A DNA stretch of 24,000 nucleotides from Halalkalicoccus tibetensis (GTDB lineage Archaea > Halobacteriota > Halobacteria > Halobacteriales > Halalkalicoccaceae). Positions 1 to 9,163 of the stretch are shown here, one piece after another. The stretch's first letter is position 1, and each line of letters opens with the position of its first letter. Location: assembly GCF_037996645.1 (NCBI RefSeq), contig NZ_JBBMXV010000001.1, positions 514,162 through 538,161 of the forward strand, given 5' to 3'. The notes under the pieces were generated by a model. The model searched no databases. It was not told where the DNA came from and worked only from the letters and a program-made list of their open reading frames with translations. The translations under genes were made by a program, and so were the position numbers.

Positions 1-482
1 GTCTCCTCGAGCATCTTCCGGCGCTCGCCCTCGGGCGTGTCGCCGTGGCGGATCGCGTGGCGCACCTCGCAGTCCTCGCCGCGTTCGGCCAGCCGGTCGG
101 TGATCTCGCTCAGGGGGACGTCGAGGTTGCGGCCGATGTCGTTCGCGAGCGACTTCAGCGGGGAGACGTACAGACAGTAGACGGAGTTCTCCAGGTCGTC
201 CTCGCGGTCGCGCTCGATCAGGTCGTCGATGACGGCGCTGAACGAGGCGAGCGTCTTGCCCGACCCGGTCGGCGCACAGATCAGGGCGTTCTCGCCCCCA
301 CGAACCAGGGGAATCGCCTCGCGCTGTGGCGGGGTGAAGACGCCGCCGTTCTCGGGGACGTACTCGCCGAACCGGTCGATCCACCACTCCTGGACGACCG
401 GCGAGAACGACTTCAGGACGTCGGCGTCGCCCACGCTGTCGGCGTCGACCCCTCGAGCGGCGAGCCGCTCGCGTGCACCCAT
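1..482 (-). CDS. lhr: Lhr-like DEAD/DEAH-box ATP-dependent helicase, N-terminal part (gene continues beyond the left window edge)
   Basis: Absent from the ORF track because it runs off the window. My own minus-strand translation from the ATG (complement of 480-482) gives MGARERLAARGVDADSVGDADVLKSFSPVVQEWWIDRFGEYVPENGGVFTPPQREAIPLVRGGENALICAPTGSGKTLASFSAVIDDLIERDREDDLENSVYCLYVSPLKSLANDIGRNL...RHGDTPEGERRKMLEE. It has a Q-motif-like FTPPQREAIP, Walker A APTGSGKT and YVSPLKSLANDI, as in Lhr-family SF2 helicases. Confidence 0.8.
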   Translation of the reverse strand, partial: MGARERLAARGVDADSVGDADVLKSFSPVVQEWWIDRFGEYVPENGGVFTPPQREAIPLVRGGENALICAPTGSGKTLASFSAVIDDLIERDREDDLENSVYCLYVSPLKSLANDIGRNLDVPLSEITDRLAERGEDCEVRHAIRHGDTPEGERRKMLEE

Positions 483-583
483 CGCCCGCTGTTGGAAGCG
501 GCGCTACAAGTGCGTTCGGCTACCGCGCCGGAAGTGAAGCCGGCGACCGAAGGGGTTTCGGCGCTGGCGCTCGCCCTCTCGGT

Positions 584-1318
584 ATGCGAGTCACCTTCCT
601 CGGCACCGGCAGCGCCATGCCGACCGGCGAGCGGTTCCAGACCGGCCTGCTGCTCGAAGACGACGGCCGAACCCTGTTGGTCGACTGTGGCAGCGGCGCG
701 CTCCACGGCCTCGCACGGACGGACGCCGGCTACGAGGGCGTCTCCTCGCTGCTGCTGACCCACCACCACCTCGACCACGTCGCGGACCTCATGCCGCTGA
801 TGAAGGCCCGCTGGCTCGCGGGCGAGGAACATCTGGAGATCGTCGGCCCGCAGGGGACGAAGTCGCTGGTCGACGGCCTGCTCGAGGTTCACGACTACAT
901 GCAGGACCGTCTCGACCTCTCGATCCGCGAGGTCGGTCCCCACGAGTTCGAGGTCGCGGGCTTCGACGTCGAGGGGTACGAGACGCGCCACTCGATGTAC
1001 TGTCTGGCCTACCGGTTCGACGATCGCTTCACGTTCAGCGGCGACAGCGACGCCTTCGAGGGGCTCGCGGATTTCGCCGAGGGCTCCGCGGTGTTGCTCC
1101 ACGACTGCTCGTTCCCCGACGACGTCGAGGTCGACGGCCACCCCACGCCGACCGAACTCGGAGAGGCGCTCTCGGGCCGTGAGATCGGGCGGGTCTACCT
1201 CACCCACCTGTATCCCCACACGGAGGGCAACCAAGAGGGGATGCTCGAGTCGATCGGCGAGGTCTACGACGGCGACGTCCGGTTCGCGGAGGACGGCCGC
1301 AGCGTGACGATCCGCTGA
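584..1318 (+). CDS. MBL-fold metallo-hydrolase (RNase Z/beta-lactamase-like superfamily)
   Basis: Inner ATG of track ORF 473..1318. MRVTFLGTGSAMPTGERFQTG...LLVDCGSG...LLLTHHHLDHVADL contains the HxHxDH metal-binding motif. A later DCSF...H and THLYPH fit the MBL fold. The 37-aa N-terminal extension from 473 is basic and Gly-rich and overlaps the lhr start region, so I rejected it. Confidence 0.85.
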   Translation: MRVTFLGTGSAMPTGERFQTGLLLEDDGRTLLVDCGSGALHGLARTDAGYEGVSSLLLTHHHLDHVADLMPLMKARWLAGEEHLEIVGPQGTKSLVDGLLEVHDYMQDRLDLSIREVGPHEFEVAGFDVEGYETRHSMYCLAYRFDDRFTFSGDSDAFEGLADFAEGSAVLLHDCSFPDDVEVDGHPTPTELGEALSGREIGRVYLTHLYPHTEGNQEGMLESIGEVYDGDVRFAEDGRSVTIR

Positions 1319-1330
1319 CGTTCGGCAGTG

Positions 1331-2398
1331 TCACTGCAGGCGATACCGAAGCAGCGCCGCAACGCCGCCCAAATTCGAGAGCTGCTGGGCGGGGTCGAAC
1401 TCGCTCGAGAACACCACCACGTCGCCGCCCTTCTGTTCGGCGGTCGTGATCAGGTCGTTGACGTCCATCCTCCAGTCGCCGGAGCCCGCCCGCTCCTCGC
1501 GCAGGCGCTCGTCGGTGATCAGCAGCGTCTCGATCGCGCCGAACTCCGCGGCCTCCGCGACCTCGTCGATCCCGTAGGCGGCCTTCGCGCCCTCGGCCAT
1601 CCGGCGGGTCAGCTCGTCGATCAGCTCGGCCTCGCGGGCGATGCGGGTCTCGGCCTGGACGTCCTCGACCGCGCCGCGTTTGAGTACCTCGTGGACCCCG
1701 CGGTCGCCGACGCCGGAGGTGTCGACCATGGTGATCAGCTCGGCGACGTCCCGGGTGTTCTCCTCGATGTAGTCGTAGGCGTCCTGCTTGGTGAAGCCCG
1801 GTCCGGCGAGGATGATCGCGTCGACGTCCATCCGGGAGAGGGCGTCGGCGAGCTTCCCGAACAGCTCCGAGCGCGCCCGGGCGAACTCGCCCTTGCCGCT
1901 CGGACCCGTGAACGTGGCGCGTTCCTCGGTGCCGTACTGCGCGACGGTGTGGATGTGGGCCTCGCCCTCCTCGACGGTGGCGATCGCCACGTCGGGGTTC
2001 TCGGCGGACTCCTCGGCCTCCTCCAGGCGCTCTCGCTGGTCGGCCTTCAGGTGTTTCTCGACCTCGATCTCGTCGTGTTCCTCGACGTTGAGGGTGTGGT
2101 GGTGGCCGAGCTGGTCCTCGCGGGAGGCCCAGGTGATCTCGCCGCCGACCCGGAGGCGGTTCGCGAACTTGTGGAACTCGACGTCCTCGACGGCGATCGT
2201 CACGCGCATGGGCTCGCGCTCGCCGCCGGTGTCGCGCATCTGGTCGTCGTTTCGCTGGATCCGGCGGGTGGTGTCGGCCGAGACGAGGTCGCCGGGTTCG
2301 AGGACGTAGGTGAGATGCCAGAGGTCGTCGAGGTGCTCGGGCACGAGCGTCAGGCGCTCCTTGCCGCCCTCGACGCGGTGGCGGTCCTTGATCTGCAT
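1331..2398 (-). CDS. pelA: mRNA surveillance / ribosome rescue protein Pelota (aPelota, eRF1-like fold)
   Basis: Internal ATG (complement of 2396-2398) of track ORF 1331..2686. [49 protein letters not shown]...[16 protein letters not shown]...[25 protein letters not shown]...LRYRLQ. At 355 aa it is colinear with archaeal Pelota. The upstream 96 codons of the track ORF are Arg-rich junk. Confidence 0.92.
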   Translation of the reverse strand: MQIKDRHRVEGGKERLTLVPEHLDDLWHLTYVLEPGDLVSADTTRRIQRNDDQMRDTGGEREPMRVTIAVEDVEFHKFANRLRVGGEITWASREDQLGHHHTLNVEEHDEIEVEKHLKADQRERLEEAEESAENPDVAIATVEEGEAHIHTVAQYGTEERATFTGPSGKGEFARARSELFGKLADALSRMDVDAIILAGPGFTKQDAYDYIEENTRDVAELITMVDTSGVGDRGVHEVLKRGAVEDVQAETRIAREAELIDELTRRMAEGAKAAYGIDEVAEAAEFGAIETLLITDERLREERAGSGDWRMDVNDLITTAEQKGGDVVVFSSEFDPAQQLSNLGGVAALLRYRLQ

Positions 2399-2442
2399 AC
2401 CCGGAGTCGGCGCTCGCGGGCCATAGTCCTCCCGAACCCGTC

Positions 2443-3084
2443 TCAAACTGTCCGGTAGGCGGCCGCGAGCCGTCGGGCAGCGACGATCGCCGTGATCCAC
2501 CAGACCAGCGCCGCGAGGATCGGGCCGACCACGGGAACGATCTCGATGACGCCGCCCCCGAGCCCGCCGGCGGCAAGCAGGAGCAGCGCGCTCGTCCACC
2601 CGATGAAGTACGCCGCGTGGGTTCCGACGGCGAGGAACGCCCGCGAGGGGAGCGCGTCGCGGATCCCGCCGACGGCGTAGCGACACAGCGCGATCGGGAG
2701 GGCGTACAGCCCCGCGAGAACGACGAACAGCGTCGTCGTCGAGCCGATCAGGAAGAACAGCGTCGCCCCGTCCTGGGGATCGATCGCCGTCTCGGTCGCC
2801 AGCGAGACGGTGACCGCGCCGATCGTCGCCGGGATCAGCCCGTAGAGGAGACAGATCGCGCCCGCAGCGAGGCCCTCCGAGAACAGTGCACGGAACTCGA
2901 CCGGCGGCAGGGCCTCTTCCCCGCCTATCACCGCCCGTGCCGTCGCGACGAGGTAGCCGAGCGCGGGGACGAGCGCGAGCACCGGGAGGAAAAGCGTGTG
3001 GGCGAGCAGGCAGATCCAGCCGACCAGCAGGGCCTCCTCGGCGTGTTCCCCTCGGAGATAGGCGAGGCGATCGCGCGCTCTCAT
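2443..3084 (-). CDS. DUF4013-family polytopic membrane protein (paralog B)
   Basis: 213 aa with multiple hydrophobic helices. It shares the family pattern of the other two paralogs: AYLRG...LLVG...[24 protein letters not shown]...GL near the N-terminus and a C-terminal A..RYA...R block. The ATG at 3084 overlaps the upstream paralog's TGA (ATGA, 3081-3084). Confidence 0.72.
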   Translation of the reverse strand: MRARDRLAYLRGEHAEEALLVGWICLLAHTLFLPVLALVPALGYLVATARAVIGGEEALPPVEFRALFSEGLAAGAICLLYGLIPATIGAVTVSLATETAIDPQDGATLFFLIGSTTTLFVVLAGLYALPIALCRYAVGGIRDALPSRAFLAVGTHAAYFIGWTSALLLLAAGGLGGGVIEIVPVVGPILAALVWWITAIVAARRLAAAYRTV

Positions 3085-4013
3085 CCGTCGGTCTCCCAGT
3101 CGGGCCAGCCCCGCTCGCGGTCGCGTCTCCCGGTGCGGGTCGCGAACTCCGCGGGCTCCTCGATCCGCGGGATCGTGCCCCGTTCGATGGGCTCGGCGGG
3201 CCGTTCGGTCGCGGGTCGGGAGGAGGCGGTCGGATCGCCGGAGCGGGTCGGTTCGGCGTCCCGTGGGTCCCGGTCCGGGGCGGTCGCCGGTTCCGGGTCC
3301 GAGTCGATCCCGAGCGCCCGCCGCAGCCCGCGCCCGTAGAGGTAGTAGCGGACCACGTCGGCGTAGAAGCCGACGAACAGGCCGACGAGGACGATCCAGA
3401 GCGTCCCCTCGATGGCGCCGCCGACGAGCCAGACGACGGCCGCGAGCAGCCAGGCGACCGCGTAGGTCTTGGTGAGTCCGACCGTCCGGAGCGTCCCGAG
3501 ATCGAAGGCGGCGCCCAGCCGGTCCTCGCGCGCGAGGTTCGCGAGCGCGAGCGGCTGGAAGTAGGCGTAGGCGAGCAGCGAGCCGGCCGCGAGCAGGGCG
3601 GTCACGGCCGCGCCGACGGCGGCGACCGTCTCCGCGGCGGGGTCGCCGACGGCCGCCTCGCTCGCGGCCACCACCGCGACGAACGTCCCCACCAGAAGGA
3701 CGAACGGGACCGCATAAACGACGCTGACGGCGACGAACCGCAGGCCGTCGACGAGCAGGCGTTTCCAGTTTCGGAACCGCGGCGGATCGGGATCGCCCGC
3801 GACCGTGCTCCGAAGGACGGCGACGTAGTAGCCGAACAGCGCGAGCCCCGGCACCAGCGCCAGCGGGAGGATCGCGAAGCCGACCAGGAGCACCGAGAGC
3901 GCGAGCCCGACGAGTCCGATCAGGGTCGCGAGCACCGGCAACAGTCCGCCGACGAGCACCGTCGTCAGCGCGTCCTCGCCCCGGGCGGGGTACTCGATCG
4001 CGTCGCCTAACAT
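3081..4013 (-). CDS. DUF4013-family polytopic membrane protein (paralog A) with Pro/Asp/Glu/Arg-rich C-terminal tail
   Basis: 310 aa. [23 protein letters not shown]...[34 protein letters not shown]...[21 protein letters not shown] matches the DUF4013-type N-terminal Y-P..G.D..T and GY.V.VLR....G...PP.F..W..L..DG motif. The last ~85 aa ([22 protein letters not shown]...GWPDWETDG) are low-complexity and probably disordered. Confidence 0.75.
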   Translation of the reverse strand: MLGDAIEYPARGEDALTTVLVGGLLPVLATLIGLVGLALSVLLVGFAILPLALVPGLALFGYYVAVLRSTVAGDPDPPRFRNWKRLLVDGLRFVAVSVVYAVPFVLLVGTFVAVVAASEAAVGDPAAETVAAVGAAVTALLAAGSLLAYAYFQPLALANLAREDRLGAAFDLGTLRTVGLTKTYAVAWLLAAVVWLVGGAIEGTLWIVLVGLFVGFYADVVRYYLYGRGLRRALGIDSDPEPATAPDRDPRDAEPTRSGDPTASSRPATERPAEPIERGTIPRIEEPAEFATRTGRRDRERGWPDWETDG

Positions 4014-4050
4014 CGTCGGGCGGTGTCGACGGGATCAGTGTTCACGGCCA

Positions 4051-6141
4051 TCATTCGTCGGCCATCCGGCTGCCGCCGGGCGGCAGGAACTCCTGGATCA
4101 GGTCGGGGCTCGCGACCTTCCGGACGAACGCGGTGTCGGCGAAGCGCTCGCGGAACTCCCGGTAGAGCATCTTCGCCATGTCGTTCTGGGCATAGCGGCC
4201 GGGCTCGACCTCGATCGCCGTCTCCGCCCGCGGGACGATCGCCGAGGGCGGCCCGCCGATCACGCGCGTGGTCGGCTCGCAGACGATGCCGACGGCGACG
4301 CCGACCTCGGTGTCCCGGTGGTAGGTCCGGTCACCACGGATCACGAACCCGCCCTTCTCGATGTACTCGCCGCTCTCGGGCGTCTTCGAGACCTGATCCG
4401 GGTCGACGGAGTAGGCGTCGTCGGCGAAGCGGCCCTCCTTCCAGACCGACGAGTACGACACCGCGAACTGCGCGGCCTCGTGGATCGACGACTCGGGGAA
4501 GTCGACCTCCTTCGCGGGCTCGCTCGGTCCCGTCGCCTTCAGCACCGTGACGGGACCGCCGTGGGCCTGGGTATGGAAGAAGCGATCGCCCCGGTCGAGG
4601 TACTTCTTCACCAGTGCCTCGTTCTCGTCGGCGTTCCGCCCGCCGATCACGAGGTAGCCGTCGCTCGTGTGGAACCAGCGGAAGTTCTCGTACCACTCCT
4701 CGCTCTTGCGAACGGGGATCGACGCCCGCGAGAGCCAGTCGATCTCCTCTGGCTCGTCGTCGCTCTCCTCCTCCTCGACGTCGCCCTCCTCCCACTGGCG
4801 CTTTCGCTTGCGAAGCGCCTCGAGCTCCTCGCGGGTCTCGGCGATCGCCTCCTCGGCGCCGGCCTTCTTCTCCTCGACGCGCTTTGCCTCGGTGTAGAGG
4901 CGGTCGGCGTTCTTCTCGACGCCCGACTGGACGTCGAGCGCGACGGACGTGTCGTCGAGCTCGACCGTCACCATGCCGTTCTCGGGGTCGAACCCCGTTA
5001 CGCGCTCCGCGGCGTCGATCCCCTGTTCCTTGCCGGCCTCGAAGGTCTCCTCGACCTCGTCCCAGCTCCGACCCTCCTCGAGGGCGTTCCGGACCGTCGT
5101 CAGCACCTCGTCGACTAGCCCGTAGTTGGCGTAGACGAGTTCGGCGCGCTCGCGCTCCTCTTCGGCCTGCCGTTCGAACCCCTCGATCGCGCCCTCCTGC
5201 TGGTCGATGATCCGGCCCTTGCGCGCGATCTCCTCCTCGAAGTCGGGACTGGTGTCGGTCTCCTCGTCCTCTGTCGTATCGAGCTCGAAGAAGTAGTCGT
5301 CGAGCGCCTCGTTGAACCGCTCGTAGGAGTCGCTTTCGAGGCCCGAGTGTTCCTCCAGCGCGATGGGCGTCACGTCGACGAGGTCGCCGTCGTCGTTCCG
5401 GTAGATCCGCGGGTCGAACTGCTTTCCCTTCACCTCGCTCGCGAGCCGCGAGAGGGCGTCGTAGAGCCGCTCGAGCTGGTCGTCGTCGGCGTCCTCGATG
5501 GCGACGGTCTTCTCGACGCCCGTCCGGGAACAGACCTCCTCGGCGTAGAGCCCGCCGAGGTTGAGCTGGGTCGCGAGCGACCGCACGAGGTCGGTGTCCG
5601 AGTCGCGCATCAGGGCGACGAACTGCTCCTCGTCCACTTCGAGAGGATTGACCCGCGAGTCGGGGAACTGATAGCGCGAGCCGGGCGCGACGGTCCGGGA
5701 CTTCAATCGCACCGTTTCCAGCGAGTCGATCACGTGGCGCGTCTCGTCACAGGCGGCGATGTTGCCCTCGCCGAACAGCTCGACGATGATCGTGGTGTTC
5801 TGATCCTCGCGTTCGAACTCGAAGCTGAGGATGCGGTCGAACTCGTACTGGGAGACGCCGGCGAAGTCCGCGCCCGACAGCCGGTTGCGAAGCATCTTCG
5901 CGAAATCGGGCGGTCGGCCCGGCGCGTCGGGGACGTGCTCGGGGGTCGCGACGTGGGCCCGCTTGTCCTCACCGACCTCGATCAGCAGCTCGACCCGTCC
6001 GCGGTCGAAATCGCGCAGCTTCAGGCGCAGGAAGTCGTCGCCGTAGAGGTAGGCCTTGTCGACCTTCGCGCCCTCGTACTCGTTCAGCTCGCCGACCAGC
6101 GCCGCGAGATCGATGCTGGTCAGCTCCCGTTTCTGGTCCAT
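4051..6141 (-). CDS. rqcH: Archaeal NFACT-family ribosome quality-control protein (RqcH/Rqc2/Tae2 homolog; formerly 'fibronectin-binding protein A N-terminal domain' protein)
   Basis: 696 aa. The NFACT-N-like N-terminus is MDQKRELTSIDLAALVGELNEYEGAKVDKAYLYGDDFLRLKLRD...QYEFDRILSFEFE (contains the D-R dipeptide). The middle is coiled-coil (EEERERAELVYANYGLV..., RVEEKKAGAEEAIAETREELEALRKRKRQWEE). The NFACT-R-like region is WFHTSDGYLVIGGRNADENEALVKKYLDRGDRFFHTQAHGGPVTVLK. Confidence 0.85.
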   Translation of the reverse strand: MDQKRELTSIDLAALVGELNEYEGAKVDKAYLYGDDFLRLKLRDFDRGRVELLIEVGEDKRAHVATPEHVPDAPGRPPDFAKMLRNRLSGADFAGVSQYEFDRILSFEFEREDQNTTIIVELFGEGNIAACDETRHVIDSLETVRLKSRTVAPGSRYQFPDSRVNPLEVDEEQFVALMRDSDTDLVRSLATQLNLGGLYAEEVCSRTGVEKTVAIEDADDDQLERLYDALSRLASEVKGKQFDPRIYRNDDGDLVDVTPIALEEHSGLESDSYERFNEALDDYFFELDTTEDEETDTSPDFEEEIARKGRIIDQQEGAIEGFERQAEEERERAELVYANYGLVDEVLTTVRNALEEGRSWDEVEETFEAGKEQGIDAAERVTGFDPENGMVTVELDDTSVALDVQSGVEKNADRLYTEAKRVEEKKAGAEEAIAETREELEALRKRKRQWEEGDVEEEESDDEPEEIDWLSRASIPVRKSEEWYENFRWFHTSDGYLVIGGRNADENEALVKKYLDRGDRFFHTQAHGGPVTVLKATGPSEPAKEVDFPESSIHEAAQFAVSYSSVWKEGRFADDAYSVDPDQVSKTPESGEYIEKGGFVIRGDRTYHRDTEVGVAVGIVCEPTTRVIGGPPSAIVPRAETAIEVEPGRYAQNDMAKMLYREFRERFADTAFVRKVASPDLIQEFLPPGGSRMADE

Positions 6142-6160
6142 GACGCTACTCGCAGGCCCC

Positions 6161-6170
6161 GCGAAAAAGG
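6161..6170 (-). promoter_or_regulatory. T5 tract in the 44-nt GH3/rqcH spacer: possible GH3 terminator and/or rqcH TATA-like box
   Basis: The minus strand reads TAGggccgaacgacaacgccTTTTTcgcggggcctgcgagtagcgtcATG. The T5 tract sits 17 nt after the GH3 stop and 22 nt before the rqcH ATG. Confidence 0.3.
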
Positions 6171-6185
6171 CGTTGTCGTTCGGCC

Positions 6186-8471
6186 CTACTCGACGTGCAA
6201 CTCCGTCGTCTCTTCGCCGACGAACAGCCGGTACTCGCCGGACTCGACGTAGCGCTCGCCGTCGTCGGGGACGTCACCCGAGACGAGCGCGAGCGGGCCG
6301 AGCGGTACCTCGAGGGTCAGGGTCGTCGAGCCGCCGCTCTCGACGTGACACCGCTCGAACGCGAGCAGCTGGCGGTCGGGCAGCATCAGCGGCCCGCTGG
6401 TGAACTCCCGGTCCCCGAAGACCAGCACGACGTCGTCGCCGTCGTGCTCGCCCGTGTTGTCGACCTCGACGGTGAGCTCGACCGTCGAGTCGGGCGAGGG
6501 ATCGCTCACCGTCCCCGGGTCGACCGAGGCGATCTCGTACTCGAAGTCGGTGTAGCTCTCGCCGTCGCCGAACTCGTAGAGCGGGTCGAACTCGCCCTCG
6601 CCGGGGTAGTGGTTGTAGTAGATCGGCGCCTGGCCGACGTGGCGCGGCCAGGTGAAGGGCAGGCGCCCGCCGGGGTTCTCCTCGCCCAGCAGGACGTCCG
6701 CGACCGCGGTGCCGGCCTCGGTGCCCGGCAGGTAGCCCATGACGAACGCGTCGATGTGCTCGTGGACGCCCTCCAGGGTCAGCGGCCGCCCCGAGAGCAT
6801 CACGCAGACCACGGGGGTGTCGGTCCCAGCGACCTGCTCGATCAGGTCGGCCTGCGCATCGGCGAGGCTCGGCGACTGGTCGTCGCCGGGCCCCTCGGCG
6901 TAGGAGCCCTCGCCGACACAGACCACCGCGACGTCGGCGCCTTCGGCGGCCGACTCGAGCTCGTCCTCGTCGCCAGGCTCCTCGCGGTCCCACGGGACGT
7001 GGGTCACGTCGCCGGCCGCGTCCTCGAGGCCCTCGAGAACGGTCACTGCCGGTGGCTCCTCCTCCGCGTCGTCGAGGCCCTGCCACTCGACGGTCCAGCC
7101 GCCCATCTGGATCGCGACGTCGGTCGCGGCCGGCCCGGTGACCAGCAGCGACTCCTCGCCCGACAGCGGCAGCGTGCCGTCGTTCTCGAGCAGCGTCATC
7201 GACTTGGCGGCCGACTCGTGTGCGAGGTCGCGGTCCGCGCCGACGACCGCCTCCTCGGCCACCCCGGGGTCGACGTAGGGGTCGTCGAAGAGGTCGAGGC
7301 GGTGTTTCAGCTTCAGGATCCGGCGAACCGAGGCGTCGATGCGCTCCTCGGGGATCTCGCCCTCCTCGACGAGCTCGATGAGGTTCGGCACGAAGTCGTC
7401 GATCTCGTAGGGGACCATGTACATGTCGACGCCCGCGCCGATGACCAGCCGGACGGCGTCCTTGATCGACTCGCCGACCTCGTGGATCGAGCGCAGCCGG
7501 TGGATGTCCTCCCAGTCCGAGACGATCACGCCGTCGAAGCCCATCTCCTCGCGCAAGAGCTCCTGGATCAGGTACTCCGAAGCGTGGGCGGGCACGCCGT
7601 TGAGCGAGCCGCTGTTCATCATCACCGTCGCCGCGCCGGCGTCGAGGCCGGCCTGGAACGGCGGGAGGTGCTGGGTGCGGAGCCGCCGCTGGGGGATGTG
7701 TGCCGGGTTGCGATCGAGCCCGCCGAAGGGCTCGGAGTAGCCCGTGAAGTGTTTGACCGTCGCCGCGATCGAGTCGCCGTCGGGCCCGTCCTCGCCCTGG
7801 AGCCCGCGGGTCTCGGCGGCGGTCATGATCGAGGTGTGGACCGGGTCCTCGCTGAAGGACTCGTAGTAGCGGCCCCAGCGGAGGTCCCGCGCGAGGTCCG
7901 CGGCCGGCCCGAAGTTCCAGTGGATGCCGGTCGCGCGTACGACCTCGGCGGTGTGATCGCCGATCTCCTCCGCATACTCGGGTTCCCAGGTCGCGCCGAC
8001 GCCGGCTGCGTGGGGGAACATCGTCGCGTCGACGACGTTGCTGTGACCGTGGACGGCGTCGATCCCGTAGATGATCGGGACGCCGGTGGCCTCGATCGCG
8101 TACTCCTGGATCTCGTTGGTCGTCTCGGCCCACGCCTCGGGCGTGTTCTCGACCGGAGTCGAGCCCCCGCCGCTGAGGATCGACCCGACGTGGTTCTCCT
8201 CGAAGGCGGTTTCGAGGAGCTCCTCGTTGAGTTCGCCCCCGTCCCAGGGGTCCTCGCCCGAGAGGCGCGCGAGGTCGAGCTGGGTCATCTGCCCGACCTT
8301 CTCCGCGAGGCTCATCCCCGCGACCCGCTCGTCGATCTCCTCGTTCGTTTCGTCGTCCAGTTCCGTGTCCGCGGCGGCGTAGCCGCCGACCGCCGCTGCC
8401 CCCGCAATGCCGGCGGTGAGCTGCATGAACCGTCGCCGCGAACCGTCTATCGTGGTGTGATCTCCTTCCAT
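6186..8471 (-). CDS. Secreted glycoside hydrolase family 3 (beta-glucosidase/beta-xylosidase-like) with Tat signal peptide
   Basis: Tat motif and h-region: MEGDHTTIDGSRRRFMQLTAGIAGAAAVGGYAAA. GH3 hallmarks are KHFTGYSEPFGGLDRN and the nucleophile block GFDGVIVSDWEDI. The C-terminal alpha/beta domain plus Fn3-like tail is TVELTVEVDNTGEHDGDDVVLVF. The track ORF begins at a GTG at 8495; I prefer the ATG at 8471 (complement of 8469-8471), which gives a normal-length Tat n-region. Confidence 0.88.
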   Translation of the reverse strand: MEGDHTTIDGSRRRFMQLTAGIAGAAAVGGYAAADTELDDETNEEIDERVAGMSLAEKVGQMTQLDLARLSGEDPWDGGELNEELLETAFEENHVGSILSGGGSTPVENTPEAWAETTNEIQEYAIEATGVPIIYGIDAVHGHSNVVDATMFPHAAGVGATWEPEYAEEIGDHTAEVVRATGIHWNFGPAADLARDLRWGRYYESFSEDPVHTSIMTAAETRGLQGEDGPDGDSIAATVKHFTGYSEPFGGLDRNPAHIPQRRLRTQHLPPFQAGLDAGAATVMMNSGSLNGVPAHASEYLIQELLREEMGFDGVIVSDWEDIHRLRSIHEVGESIKDAVRLVIGAGVDMYMVPYEIDDFVPNLIELVEEGEIPEERIDASVRRILKLKHRLDLFDDPYVDPGVAEEAVVGADRDLAHESAAKSMTLLENDGTLPLSGEESLLVTGPAATDVAIQMGGWTVEWQGLDDAEEEPPAVTVLEGLEDAAGDVTHVPWDREEPGDEDELESAAEGADVAVVCVGEGSYAEGPGDDQSPSLADAQADLIEQVAGTDTPVVCVMLSGRPLTLEGVHEHIDAFVMGYLPGTEAGTAVADVLLGEENPGGRLPFTWPRHVGQAPIYYNHYPGEGEFDPLYEFGDGESYTDFEYEIASVDPGTVSDPSPDSTVELTVEVDNTGEHDGDDVVLVFGDREFTSGPLMLPDRQLLAFERCHVESGGSTTLTLEVPLGPLALVSGDVPDDGERYVESGEYRLFVGEETTELHVE

Positions 8472-8599
8472 CGCGTATCCGTGGCCCGTCGCCACGATCC
8501 GAAATCACCACAAAGATAGTTAATGATTCGTGAGGCGGTAGAGCCGGGTGGTTAGGCGTAATACTATGTACTATCACCGCTTCATTATGTAGGATCGAG

Positions 8600-8611
8600 A
8601 CAAAAGAAATC
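8600..8611 (-). terminator. T-rich tract downstream of the SHOCT gene (candidate terminator)
   Basis: The minus strand reads gatTTCTTTTGTctc, beginning about 10 nt after the stop at 8621. Confidence 0.3.
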
Positions 8612-8620
8612 GGGCTGTGG

Positions 8621-9163
8621 CTATCGCTCGTAGAGCCGTTCGCGCGCTCGTTCGCGGTCCTCGAGGTCCTCCATGGTCTCGGTTTCGAGCAGCCGCTCGA
8701 GCTTGCGCTCGAACTGCTCGTCGGTGAGGTCGCCCTGCGCGTAGCGATAGCGGAGGGTAGCGAGGGCGTCGCGGTTCGAGGGCTCCCGAGCGGCTTCGGG
8801 CTCAGCTTCGGGTTCGTCGGAGGAGGACCCGAGCCAGTCCTCCTTCGTCCCGAACCACTCCTCCCAGTCGGATTCGTCGCCCCACCAGTCGTCCCACCAC
8901 TCCGCGCGTTCCTCCTCGTCGCCGAACAGCAAGGCGACCAGCGGAACGACGACCATGAAGCCGAGGAGGAAGACGAGCCAGAACCAGCTCGCCCCGGCGA
9001 ACAGTGCCAGGAGTCCGAGGCCGGTAACGAGCAGCGACGCCACGCCGACGGCGTTCTCCTCGAGCCGTTCCCTCGGGCTGTCCGCGCTCATGTCCTCACT
9101 CCGTCGGTAGGTGTCAAAACCCTTCGGGCCTGGGTCCGAGTCCGAGCCGGCGAGCCCGCTCAT
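8621..9163 (-). CDS. Two-TM membrane protein with Trp/acid-rich segment and C-terminal SHOCT domain
   Basis: The ATG at 9163 forms an ATGA overlap with the upstream gene's stop (9160-9163). An alternative start is the ATG at 9091 (MSADSPRE...). Two hydrophobic helices: VGVASLLVTGLGLLALFAGA and WFWLVFLLGFMVVVPLVALLF. These are followed by EEERAEWWDDWWGDESDWEEWFGTKEDWLG, then the SHOCT-like LATLRYRYAQGDLTDEQFERKLERLLE. The track ORF's extension to 9445 is Arg/Gly-rich and overlaps the upstream gene, so I rejected it. Confidence 0.7.
   Translation of the reverse strand: MSGLAGSDSDPGPKGFDTYRRSEDMSADSPRERLEENAVGVASLLVTGLGLLALFAGASWFWLVFLLGFMVVVPLVALLFGDEEERAEWWDDWWGDESDWEEWFGTKEDWLGSSSDEPEAEPEAAREPSNRDALATLRYRYAQGDLTDEQFERKLERLLETETMEDLEDRERARERLYER

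Noticed and set aside
1200-2576. 458-aa minus ORF and 376-aa plus ORF (1328..2458) overlapping pelota
   Set aside because: Both are extremely Arg/Pro/Gly-rich shadow frames. Pelota in the third frame is unambiguous.
6195-8519. 774-aa plus-strand ORF antisense to the GH3 gene, and the 767-aa alternate-frame minus ORF 6274..8577
   Set aside because: Their products are Arg/Gly/Pro/Asp-rich low-complexity strings (e.g. RRRGRHPRRARAGR...) with no recognisable motifs. In DNA of about 67% GC, stop codons are rare in non-coding frames. The GH3 frame carries clear family motifs and a Tat signal.
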